Assembly (NCBI GenBank): GCA_963703315.1
Contig: OY969811.1
Span: 3,200,001 to 3,264,000, forward strand
Reading direction: 5' to 3'
DNA from: an uncultured cyanobacterium
GTDB lineage: Bacteria; Cyanobacteriota; Cyanobacteriia; Pseudanabaenales; Pseudanabaenaceae
DNA: 64,000 nucleotides
Part shown: piece after piece, positions 41,234-51,292 of the stretch
How positions within the stretch are numbered: the stretch's first letter is position 1
Layout of the letters: every line of letters begins with the position of its first letter
Program-made: the position numbers and the translations under genes
Notes under the pieces: model-generated
The model's database searches: none
Told to the model about the DNA's origin: nothing
What the model saw: only the letters and a program-made list of their open reading frames with translations

Positions 41234-42163
41234 ATGTCAGAACTCATGCCAATTGTATATCTCAGTGTGGTTAGCTTTTTTGCTTGGATCGTTAGCACTT
41301 TAGCGGGTGGTGGCAGTCCTTTCATTTTAATTCCGCTAGTTAATTTACTCATGGGAGCCGCCGCCGTTCCGCCTGTAATTACGATTGGGATGTTTTTTGG
41401 TAACGCTCATCGAGTTTTACTGTTTTGGCGTGAAATTGACTGGGAACTCACTGGTTGGTATGCACCAGGGGCGATCGCAGGGGCAATTTTGGGCGCATAT
41501 ACCTTTACGCAAATTCATCTGGATTGGTTACAGATTGTGATTGCGATTTTCCTGATTGTGAGCGCAGTTTTATTTGAACTAGAAAAAAGCCCCGAAAAAA
41601 CTGTTGCTGAAGATCAGGCAAAAAATATCAACTTGGTCAATGATTCTAAAGAGTTGGAAGAGATTGAAGAACTAATCGAAGTTAATCAGTTAGGTGAATT
41701 GAGTCAATTAAGTGATCTTGAACAGTCAGAATTAATTCCTAAACAAGTCAAACCCAAATTTCAACTCAAGGCTTGGCATATTATGCCTGCGGGTTTTCTC
41801 AAAGCCTATGTATCGGGATTGGTTGGCACAACTGGTCCCGTCTTAAATCCCTTTTATCTTCGTTATGGCTTAGTGAAAGAGAAAATGCTTGCAACTAAAG
41901 CCACCCACATGACGATTATCCATGTAGTTAAAATTATTACCTACGGGGCGCTTGCAGCAATGTCCAAAGACGAGATTGTTGCAGGTCTAGCGATCGGACT
42001 TTCGGCTATTCCTGCTAATCTAGTCGGTAGGTATATTCTCAGTCGCATGAGTCCTCACCAGTTTCGCCAAGTTGTCCTTGCTTTTATGGTAATCGGTGGA
42101 ACATGGATGTTATGGGGACAGAAAGATTTATTTTTTGATTTTTTCAGCTTGAGTAAATTTTAA
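41234..42163 (+). CDS. TauE/SafE sulfite exporter family protein
   Basis: STLAGGGS and SGLVGTTGP; multiple TMs; central acidic insert. Confidence 0.88.
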   Translation: MSELMPIVYLSVVSFFAWIVSTLAGGGSPFILIPLVNLLMGAAAVPPVITIGMFFGNAHRVLLFWREIDWELTGWYAPGAIAGAILGAYTFTQIHLDWLQIVIAIFLIVSAVLFELEKSPEKTVAEDQAKNINLVNDSKELEEIEELIEVNQLGELSQLSDLEQSELIPKQVKPKFQLKAWHIMPAGFLKAYVSGLVGTTGPVLNPFYLRYGLVKEKMLATKATHMTIIHVVKIITYGALAAMSKDEIVAGLAIGLSAIPANLVGRYILSRMSPHQFRQVVLAFMVIGGTWMLWGQKDLFFDFFSLSKF

Positions 42164-42187
42164 GTTGGTTAGCTGAGACTAAACACC

Positions 42188-43264
42188 TTAAACTAGGCAG
42201 CCTAGAAAGCCCTCACGTAACTTCTCTTCTTCGAGATGTCTACCGATGAAGACTAATTGATTTTTGCGAAGTTCATTGTCTTTCCAAGGGCGATCGCGGG
42301 TTGCGTCAAACTGCATATGTACACCTTGAAATACCAAGCGCTCCTCAGAACCAGAGAGATTGATAATTCCCTTAGAACGGAAAATATCTTGACCTTGAGT
42401 TCTCAATAGCTCACTGATCCACGCTTGGAATTTATAGGGATTAACTGAGCCTGCTTCCAAAATACTGACGGAGCCAACTTCCTCATCATGGATATGGTGA
42501 TGGTGATGGTCATGATGTTCGTGATGATCATGGTCATGATGTTCGTGGTCATGGTCGTGATCATGTTCATCCTTGAGTTGAGCAGCGAGAAATTCGGGAT
42601 TTTTCTCAAGAATGCGATTGAGGTCAAAGCCACCGACATTGAGAACTTTATTGATGCTGTCCTTAATATTCTCAGTATCAGTTTGATTTAATTGGACGCG
42701 ATCGACTTTTGCTAAAACGTTTAGGTGCTTGATTTTTGCTTCTAGTTCCACTAATTCAGCTTCAGTTACTAAATCAGTTTTATTCAGCAAAATCACATCA
42801 GCGAAACCGATTTGTTCGAGAACTTCGCGATCGCCCCAATGTTGTTGAGCGTGCTTGGCATCAACGACTGTGACCACTGCATCAAGTTCCACTTGGCGAT
42901 GGATATCTTCATCCATAAAGAATGTCTGTACTACAGGACCGGGATCGGCTAAGCCTGTAGTTTCGATAAGAAGATGATCAAATTTATTGCGGCGGCGCAT
43001 GAGGTTGCTAATGATGCGAATCAGATCACCGCGCACTGTGCAGCAAATGCAACCATTATTCATTTCAAAAATTTCTTCGTCAGCACCGATGACCAATTGC
43101 TGATCGATGCCCACTTCACCAAATTCGTTAACGATCACCGCCACTTTTTTGCCATGCTCGGCGGTGAGAATGTGATTTAGTAAGGTGGTTTTACCTGCGC
43201 CCAGAAAGCCTGTTAGGACGGTAGCGGGGATTTGGGTTGATGCAATGCTCATAGAATCTGCCAA
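42188..43264 (-). CDS. COG0523/CobW-family metallochaperone GTPase
   Basis: GFLGAGKTT, NGCICC, ETTGLADP and a His/Asp-rich tract. Confidence 0.93.
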   Translation of the reverse strand: MADSMSIASTQIPATVLTGFLGAGKTTLLNHILTAEHGKKVAVIVNEFGEVGIDQQLVIGADEEIFEMNNGCICCTVRGDLIRIISNLMRRRNKFDHLLIETTGLADPGPVVQTFFMDEDIHRQVELDAVVTVVDAKHAQQHWGDREVLEQIGFADVILLNKTDLVTEAELVELEAKIKHLNVLAKVDRVQLNQTDTENIKDSINKVLNVGGFDLNRILEKNPEFLAAQLKDEHDHDHDHEHHDHDHHEHHDHHHHHIHDEEVGSVSILEAGSVNPYKFQAWISELLRTQGQDIFRSKGIINLSGSEERLVFQGVHMQFDATRDRPWKDNELRKNQLVFIGRHLEEEKLREGFLGCLV

Positions 43265-43408
43265 TTAACTGTGATGCTGATCAAAAAATGTACTCACCAA
43301 ATTATAGCGCTCTTGCTTTGTGAGCTTGAAGTGCTTTGCACGGAGACTAGAGCCAATATTTTATTAAAAATGAGGCAAAGCATCACTTTTAATAAAATAT
43401 TGGCAGTT

Positions 43409-44669
<1,261 letters not shown>

Positions 44670-44689
<20 letters not shown>

Positions 44690-45026
44690 GAACTTCTAAG
44701 GCATAGATTTTGCCTTGGGCATCGACTTCGGCAATATGTCTGCCTTGCATCGCAAATAGTTCACCACTATCACGTTTGCCAGCGATCGCCCAAATGGCTT
44801 CGAGTCCATTTTCCGTCTTTCTGGTCGTCCAAACACGTTGCATTCCTGAATAAGACTGAAAAAATTTGCGATATAAATTGGCGATCGCATCTTTACCTAC
44901 GACCTTACGCGCCCCCGCAGGTTGAACTTCAGCTTCTTCCGCAAATAACTCTACTAAAGCGTTAAAAGCTTGTTCATCATCGTTAGCACGATCAGAAAGT
45001 TCAAAATATTTGTCTAAAATAGTCAT
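44670..45026 (-). CDS. SnoaL/NTF2-like protein
   Basis: LFAEEA...GKDAI pattern; overlaps the folC start. Confidence 0.75.
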
Positions 45027-45197
45027 ATTCCCTTGCCTCGCTTAATATAAAGCTAAAAAATTTACATGATGTAATTCAGAACGCTTTAATGAAGCTTTAC
45101 TTTATGTCTTACTGATATGTAAACATATATTAAGCAGTTTTTTGTAAAAGTCACTTCACCCTACAGGGCATAAATTGCACACATACTCCCTTCCCAA

Positions 45198-45244
45198 TCA
45201 AGAATTAGTGGTGCGGGGCTTTGCCCCGCACCACTAATTCTTGA
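45198..45244. terminator. Perfect hairpin downstream of ictB
   Basis: tcaagaattagtggtgcggggc-ttt-gccccgcaccactaattcttga. Confidence 0.7.
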
Positions 45245-45247
45245 ATC

Positions 45248-46648
45248 CTAATCATGCTCAATCTCTTGGTGAGGTGCTTCAACCTTGATGTAAAAACTAC
45301 TAATAATGGCGATCGCTAACCACCAGAGTAATTGCACTTGAGGTCGATACCAGACTGTATCGACTAAACCATGCACCAGCATCCCAACTAAAGTGGCGAT
45401 CGCTGCAATAATCCATAAACCACTAGAATCGCGATCGTTTCTTAAGCGATTAAGAGAAATCCATCCTTGACGCAGAACTGTAAAAACCATCCATCCATAG
45501 CAAATCACACCGACAATTCCTGTTTCTACAGTGATCTCTAATGGCACAGAATAAGTCCCTAATGCACTGTATCCCGATCGCTGATAGAGAGGATAAATTT
45601 GGTTAAAAGCTTTGTTACCAGGTCCGATACCTAAAATTGGCTTAGCTTTAATCATATTTAACACCGACATCCACACATTGACGCGAAAGGCATTGCTACT
45701 GTCCTCAGTGCCAAAAATGCTAAACACACGTTTACGCAAGGTCGGTACAAGAATCGTCCCCAAAGCGATCGCCCCTGCTGTGCCTCCAAATACCGCAGGA
45801 AAAGTCCATTTCGGTAAACGCTTGCCCCACCAATACACTAATAGTAAAGCTAACGTAAAACTGGCGGCGGCTAAGCCCATCAGTCCACCCCGACTTTGGG
45901 TTTGAGTAATGCAAAACGCTCCCAAAATTGCGGTGATCGCTCCTAATGCTTTCATGCCCCAACCCCGCCAATGAATTGCAGCGATCGCGCCTAAGGGTAA
46001 AGCTGGCATGAGATAACCAGCGAATAAATTAGGATTGCCGAGAAAACTATAAACACGGGTCACACCTGCGGTTTCAGAGGTGGGATCAGTCCATGTCGCC
46101 AGTTCGGGAGCGCCCAGATACCATTGCTGCACGCCGTAGGCACTCGCCACTAAAGCGGCAATCAGATAGGCTGCGATCAAAATTGATCGCCATCCCAAAC
46201 GCATCAATCGGCTCATAGACACAAAGGCAATCATATACAGGGTCAATTTCACCATGCCATCGGCAGCCGCCACGCGCACAGGCGAAATTAATGTTGCAAC
46301 TAAGGCGATCGCCCAATAAGTGAGCAAAGGGGTATGAATCGCTGTCCAAATCGGTACTGATTGATCCTGTTGATCCTGCTCATCGCGACGATCGCTGAGC
46401 CATAGCAATAACCATGCGATCGCCACAGCCGCACTAATTATCCCCGTCTGAGCATTTTCTAAGAATGGTAAAGTTGCTAGCATGACTACTAACAAACCAC
46501 CTAGAAATTTTGCACTTAACAAGCGACTACCTTCGCGCCAAGCTTGCAATGGGCTAATCAATTGAAAAAATGCAGTCTGGCTACGATGGAACCATGATTG
46601 TAGAGTTTGCAAAAACTTGGGTATTGGTAGTTTGAGCTTAGAATTCAT
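45248..46648 (-). CDS. ictB: IctB family membrane protein (O-antigen ligase-like)
   Basis: LATWTDPTS, RVYSFLGNPNL, DSSNAFRVNVW and DTVWYRPQ. Confidence 0.92.
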   Translation of the reverse strand: MNSKLKLPIPKFLQTLQSWFHRSQTAFFQLISPLQAWREGSRLLSAKFLGGLLVVMLATLPFLENAQTGIISAAVAIAWLLLWLSDRRDEQDQQDQSVPIWTAIHTPLLTYWAIALVATLISPVRVAAADGMVKLTLYMIAFVSMSRLMRLGWRSILIAAYLIAALVASAYGVQQWYLGAPELATWTDPTSETAGVTRVYSFLGNPNLFAGYLMPALPLGAIAAIHWRGWGMKALGAITAILGAFCITQTQSRGGLMGLAAASFTLALLLVYWWGKRLPKWTFPAVFGGTAGAIALGTILVPTLRKRVFSIFGTEDSSNAFRVNVWMSVLNMIKAKPILGIGPGNKAFNQIYPLYQRSGYSALGTYSVPLEITVETGIVGVICYGWMVFTVLRQGWISLNRLRNDRDSSGLWIIAAIATLVGMLVHGLVDTVWYRPQVQLLWWLAIAIISSFYIKVEAPHQEIEHD

Positions 46649-46717
46649 AGAGCAATCAGCATATTTGAACTTAGGTTAAAGTTATTTTGACACCTTGAGG
46701 GAAAAGGAAAAAGGAAA

Positions 46718-47038
46718 ATGGAAAAACTAAATTCGGCATCAGCTTATAACGATCGCGGCATGGAACGTGCAGAAAAGGGTGATTTGACAGGGGCGATCGC
46801 TGACTACACCGAGGCGATCGCCCTAGATGCATCCTATGCCGAAGCCTATTACAACCGAGCCTACGATCGATCGGAAATTAAGGACTATACAGGTGCAATT
46901 GATGACTACACCAAAGTCATCGAACTAGAACCTGATGCTGCACCTGCCTATTTCAATCGGGGCTTAGCCAAAGCAAAACTGGGGGATGCAGAAGGCGCAA
47001 ATGCTGATTGCGAATATGCTCGACAATTAGGTCTATAG
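46718..47038 (+). CDS. Small TPR protein
   Basis: Three AY.NRG/A repeats. Confidence 0.9.
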   Translation: MEKLNSASAYNDRGMERAEKGDLTGAIADYTEAIALDASYAEAYYNRAYDRSEIKDYTGAIDDYTKVIELEPDAAPAYFNRGLAKAKLGDAEGANADCEYARQLGL

Positions 47039-47331
47039 AGTTTTTGCATGAATTGCCCTAACGTGATGTACTAAGTCCCCTAAAACTACTTCTATCATGC
47101 CTTGCAATCCATCCGAAACTACAACCAAAGGGACTTGGACTTGTATTAAAGAAGTCCAGTAGTTCCACTTTACTGAATTACATTTTCGCTAGAATTTTTT
47201 GTTACTTAGCTTCAAGGATAACGCGATCGCCTAAACAGGTGTGTGTAATTTAGCAGATTGATTGATGATGGTAATCGGAATAGGGCGATCTAAATATTTT
47301 AAGTAAAGATATAATTTAAAGTACATGTTTA

Positions 47332-49341
47332 TTGTTATCGATTGAAACTATGGCTTGGCAAGAAGGGCAGCTTATTAAAGAAGGGAAATACGAAATCACG
47401 AGAAAACTGGGACAAGGGGGATATGGGACTGTCTATCTTGCTCGTGATGATCATAAAGCGAGAGATGTTGCGATCAAAACTCTACATGAGCATCTGAGAG
47501 AAAATGAAGATTATGAAAGGTTTGAGCAGGATTTCATGAATGAGGCTAGACGATTAGCAGGGTTCAGTCATCTTCCCTTTATTGTAAGTATTTATGAGGT
47601 TATTAAAGAAGAAGATATTTGGGGAATCGTAATGGAGTATATTGATGGTAATAATCTAGATCATCTTGGAATCATCTCCGAAGAATTAGCTCTACTTTAC
47701 ATACAACAAATCTCTTCTGCATTATCGGAAGTTCATGAAAAGGGACTACTACATCGAGATATCAAGCCCAGCAACATATTGGTGAGAAATGAGACTAACG
47801 AGGCTATTCTGGTTGATTTTGGAATTGCTCGTGAATTTACTGCAAAAATAATACAAACACAAACACCTCTTTATAGTCCTTTTTATGCTTCTCCTGAACA
47901 GTACAACCCAAGAGCAGAAAGATCCGCATCTTCAGATGTATATTCTTTAGCGGCAACTCTTTATAAAATCCTTGCTGGTAAAGAGCCAGAATCAGCACCT
48001 TCCAGAATGTGTGGCTGTGAATTGAAATCGCCCAAACAACTCAATCCTAATATAAGTGATGCAATCGAATCAGGGATTTTAAAGGGGCTAGAGTTACAGG
48101 CTAATAATCGCCCTCAATCTATCAAAGAATGGTTGGAGATAATGGAAGTAAAACTCATTACTCCTTCTGAATATAAGATTTCCCAGAATACTATTAACCT
48201 TAAAAATACTGAAGAAAGTATTACTGAATTAGAAGAAAGAAAAAGGATTGAAGGACGCATGAAGTTCTACATATCAGAATTGTCTTCGCCAGAACCATCA
48301 TCTAGACATCGCGCTATCCAAGAATTAGGTTTACTAGGAGAAAGTGCATCTTCATCTGTTCCGCTTATTCTTGATCAACAGCGTAAAAGATTTACAGTTC
48401 TAAAATTTATTTGGCAAGAAACTAAAACACAATCTAAAGATTCACTCAGTTATTCCACTGCCAAAGATATTGCTATTCAAACAGGAATTGATGATGACGA
48501 TCTTTTTGGGATATTCCAATATCTAGAAGCTGAAGGATTGATTGAATTACTTCAATATATGGGGCAACTTCCACTGAGTCGAATTACTCATCGAGGGAAA
48601 ATTGAGATGGAAAATGCAATTATAAAACCCACTGAAGACACTGAACATTTCACTGAAGACACTAAACATTTTATTCTTGATCAACAGCGTAAAAGATTTA
48701 CAGTTCTAAAATTTATTTGGCAAGAAACTAAAACGCAACCTAGAGATTCACTCAGTTATTCCACTGCCAAAGATATTGCTATTCAAACAGGAATTGATGA
48801 TGACGATCTTTTTGGGATATTCCAATATCTAGAAGCTGAAGGATTGATTGCATTACTTCAATATATGGGGCAACTTCCACTGAGTCGAATTACTCATCGA
48901 GGGAAAATTGAGATGGAAAATGCAATTATAAAACCCACTGAAGACACTGAACATTTTTTATCTAGCGTGATCGTGAATATTGCAACTATGAATCAAACAA
49001 ATATTAATGCAGGACGTGATGCTTATGGCAATGTTATTGACTCTCAGATCAATGCTCCTATTACTAACACTATCTCCAATATTCAGCAGTCAGTTGAAAC
49101 TTCTGAGATACTGCAAGAGATCGCTGATTTAAGGCAGCTAATCAATCAACTAGCTGAAGAGAATCAAGATATTGCAGCCGACGCTCTCGACACATTAGAA
49201 TCTGAAGTTATCACCCCTACTAAACCTGCAAAATTAAAATCTACATTGTTTACTCTTTGGGCTGTTGCTCAAGGCGTAGCAACTTTTGCGAATGCTGTCA
49301 CGGCAATAGCAGATCGCTTTGGCATTCATTTGCACAATTAG
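47332..49341 (+). CDS. Hanks-type Ser/Thr kinase with a HEAT-like repeat and a tandemly duplicated wHTH-like domain (likely ATG at 47350)
   Basis: LGQGGYG, VAIK, HRDIKPSN, DFG, SPE and DVYS; 102-aa duplication. Confidence 0.9.
   Translation: MLSIETMAWQEGQLIKEGKYEITRKLGQGGYGTVYLARDDHKARDVAIKTLHEHLRENEDYERFEQDFMNEARRLAGFSHLPFIVSIYEVIKEEDIWGIVMEYIDGNNLDHLGIISEELALLYIQQISSALSEVHEKGLLHRDIKPSNILVRNETNEAILVDFGIAREFTAKIIQTQTPLYSPFYASPEQYNPRAERSASSDVYSLAATLYKILAGKEPESAPSRMCGCELKSPKQLNPNISDAIESGILKGLELQANNRPQSIKEWLEIMEVKLITPSEYKISQNTINLKNTEESITELEERKRIEGRMKFYISELSSPEPSSRHRAIQELGLLGESASSSVPLILDQQRKRFTVLKFIWQETKTQSKDSLSYSTAKDIAIQTGIDDDDLFGIFQYLEAEGLIELLQYMGQLPLSRITHRGKIEMENAIIKPTEDTEHFTEDTKHFILDQQRKRFTVLKFIWQETKTQPRDSLSYSTAKDIAIQTGIDDDDLFGIFQYLEAEGLIALLQYMGQLPLSRITHRGKIEMENAIIKPTEDTEHFLSSVIVNIATMNQTNINAGRDAYGNVIDSQINAPITNTISNIQQSVETSEILQEIADLRQLINQLAEENQDIAADALDTLESEVITPTKPAKLKSTLFTLWAVAQGVATFANAVTAIADRFGIHLHN
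48365..48956 (+). repeat. In-frame tandem duplication, period 306 bp
   Basis: 48365-48650 vs 48671-48956, with 4 substitutions counted by eye. Confidence 0.95.
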
Positions 49342-49377
49342 TTTGAGAAAGATTTTAGCTTTATAAGGCAACTGCGA

Positions 49378-49875
49378 ATGTCTGGACATAAATATTTTAT
49401 TTTGCATTTAACAAAGGCTGGTCAAGAAAGACTAGGCTTTGCCGAAAATCCTATTTATGTTTGGGATTATGCTGAAGACAAAGAAGCAACGGAACTAGAT
49501 GGAAGACTTTGGTATAAAGCAAGGCTCGACAATGAGAAAAACTTGTTTCTTCATATTCGACATGATGAAATCAAAACATCTGAAGAGGCATTTTTTGTAA
49601 TTGAACAAAGTTCTAATTCCAATAGTTCTGATAATTGCTTCATTACTACTGCTTGTTCAGCAAACTATTATGAGCTTGACATTCTATATCAATTTCGTGA
49701 TAAGTATCTAGTGAATTTTCGGCTAGGAAAAAAATTCATTGAGTTCTACTATACTTTTAGTCCAAGCATTGCAGATGTTATTAGAGAATCATCCCTATTA
49801 AAAAAACTGACCCTACCGCTTTTTATTAAGCCTTTAGTTTTCACAATTAATTTACTATTCGATAAACATGACTAA
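49378..49875 (+). CDS. CFI-box-CTERM domain protein
   Basis: CFITTAC...LYQFRDKYL...GKKFIEFYYTFSPSIA. Confidence 0.8.
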   Translation: MSGHKYFILHLTKAGQERLGFAENPIYVWDYAEDKEATELDGRLWYKARLDNEKNLFLHIRHDEIKTSEEAFFVIEQSSNSNSSDNCFITTACSANYYELDILYQFRDKYLVNFRLGKKFIEFYYTFSPSIADVIRESSLLKKLTLPLFIKPLVFTINLLFDKHD

Positions 49876-50194
49876 ACCACCACTCCCCCAACCCCAACTT
49901 GATCGCACCCCGATCACCTCCGATCAGTACTTTGAATACACACCCGAAAAGCTAGAACTATGGGGCGGATTCTATGAATATGGAGGTCAAGACTTCACAG
50001 GCTTTTATCTTGGCATCTTGGCAAACATGGGACTCCGCGAAGCTGTGCGTCATGTGCCGATATCCAAATGGCTAGAAGCAATTCAAGAAATCGCATTGCA
50101 GAACCCTAAACTCGATGAGGCAATGCGCGATCGCCTTAACCGAGGATTAGCAGATTTGCAAGCAGTTGCCGAATATTTAGAAACACAAAGTTAA
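49868..50194 (+). CDS. Hypothetical protein
   Basis: 108-aa ORF overlapping the upstream stop; PEKLELWGG motif. Confidence 0.65.
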   Translation: MTKPPLPQPQLDRTPITSDQYFEYTPEKLELWGGFYEYGGQDFTGFYLGILANMGLREAVRHVPISKWLEAIQEIALQNPKLDEAMRDRLNRGLADLQAVAEYLETQS

Positions 50195-50220
50195 AAGAAA
50201 CAACAAGATAGCGAAATAAA

Positions 50221-50412
50221 ATGATAAAAGGCAAAGAATTTTATGTGGTCATCGAAAGAGATGAAGATGGAATTTACATTGGTGAAGTTCCACAACTTCG
50301 CGCTTGTTATAGTCAAGGAGATACTATTGACGAACTAATGCTAAATATGCGAGAAGTCATTGAAATATGTCTTGAAGAATTTGAAGATGTTACTCATCAA
50401 ACAATTCTCTAA
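50221..50412 (+). CDS. HicB-like antitoxin (orphan, possibly truncated)
   Basis: VIERDEDG.Y..EVPQL..CYSQGDTIDEL..NMREVI. Confidence 0.8.
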   Translation: MIKGKEFYVVIERDEDGIYIGEVPQLRACYSQGDTIDELMLNMREVIEICLEEFEDVTHQTIL

Positions 50413-50791
50413 TCAAATCTTTTAAATCGCGATCTTCTGGTCGTTTTGCGTATTCAGCATGGGTATAAATCCAAGCTAACTTGATAACCTTTTGATTTTC
50501 ACTCACCAAATACATCAATCGCCCTTGACCAGATGCCCCAGCTAAATTTGGCATCTTAAACCTGATTTTGTAAAACTTCCAGTCATCAGACACAGCTAAT
50601 CCTTTTGGCAGTGGTTCGGGATTAGCATCAGACAAATAAGGACTAGATGATAAGCGGTTTACAAGTTCAGCGATCGCATCAATCATCTCTTGTTTCTGGC
50701 GATCGCCTTTACAATGACGCTTGAGCAAAAGTTTATAACTACGTTGAAATTTACTCGATGCTTCAATCTGAAATGGAAACGAGCCAGTCAC
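50390..50791 (-). CDS. RelE/ParE-like toxin candidate
   Basis: FQRSYKLL...YKIRF...GRLMY...WIYTH; GTG start at 50791 inferred. Confidence 0.55.
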   Translation of the reverse strand: MTGSFPFQIEASSKFQRSYKLLLKRHCKGDRQKQEMIDAIAELVNRLSSSPYLSDANPEPLPKGLAVSDDWKFYKIRFKMPNLAGASGQGRLMYLVSENQKVIKLAWIYTHAEYAKRPEDRDLKDLIRELFDE

Positions 50792-51116
50792 GAAAATCAC
50801 TCCCATTTGTAAATTTTTGAGTTTGTTGCGATTCATCCATCGCAGATTGTACCGATTGCCTCATCGTGGCATCATAGGCGGGATGTTGACGCTCTATTTC
50901 ATCTAAAATCAAATCATCATCACCTGTATAGTTTTCTACGGCTTGATTAATTTGGCTCTCTATTAGACGTTTTAATTGGATTAACTCTTTCAGACCTAAT
51001 TTAGCGATCGCATCAACAAGAGAATGTAAAGGCAGAGAGAAATTTAGCATGACTTGCTGCTCTGCATCAGTCACGTCCACTGAAGATATTGAGATCGGCT
51101 CGATTACCTGTGGCAT
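50763..51116 (-). CDS. Putative antitoxin
   Basis: Small acidic ORF overlapping the downstream toxin candidate. Confidence 0.5.
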   Translation of the reverse strand: MPQVIEPISISSVDVTDAEQQVMLNFSLPLHSLVDAIAKLGLKELIQLKRLIESQINQAVENYTGDDDLILDEIERQHPAYDATMRQSVQSAMDESQQTQKFTNGSDFRDWLVSISD

Positions 51117-51292
51117 AAATTTATAAACCTCATATGGTTTAACTCCTACTTTCCAATATACCGCTACAGATCAAGTCTTGTCATCCTCAGTAAACCCGCA
51201 AAGCCTTATAATAGTAAGACACTTAGTAAGAATTGCCTATCTCACGCGGGGCAAGCACTGCCAAGCCATGCAAGGAGAAATTTAGTAGCCGT

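Noticed and set aside
42480..42570. Short tandem repeats in the cobW-family gene
   Set aside because: They encode the His/Asp tract usual in COG0523 proteins.
16781..43264. WD40 plus CobW zinc operon with a Zur box
   Set aside because: The genes are about 24 kb apart, and no convincing TGATAATnATTATCA-like box was seen upstream of either.
47039..47331. ncRNA or att site before the kinase islet
   Set aside because: Only a REP fragment (catgaattgcccta) is recognisable; no tRNA and no matching direct repeat at the other end were seen.
48365..48956. Diversity-generating retroelement TR/VR pair
   Set aside because: Three of four differences are at A in copy 1, but one is T>C. Both copies are in frame within one gene, and no reverse transcriptase is in the window.
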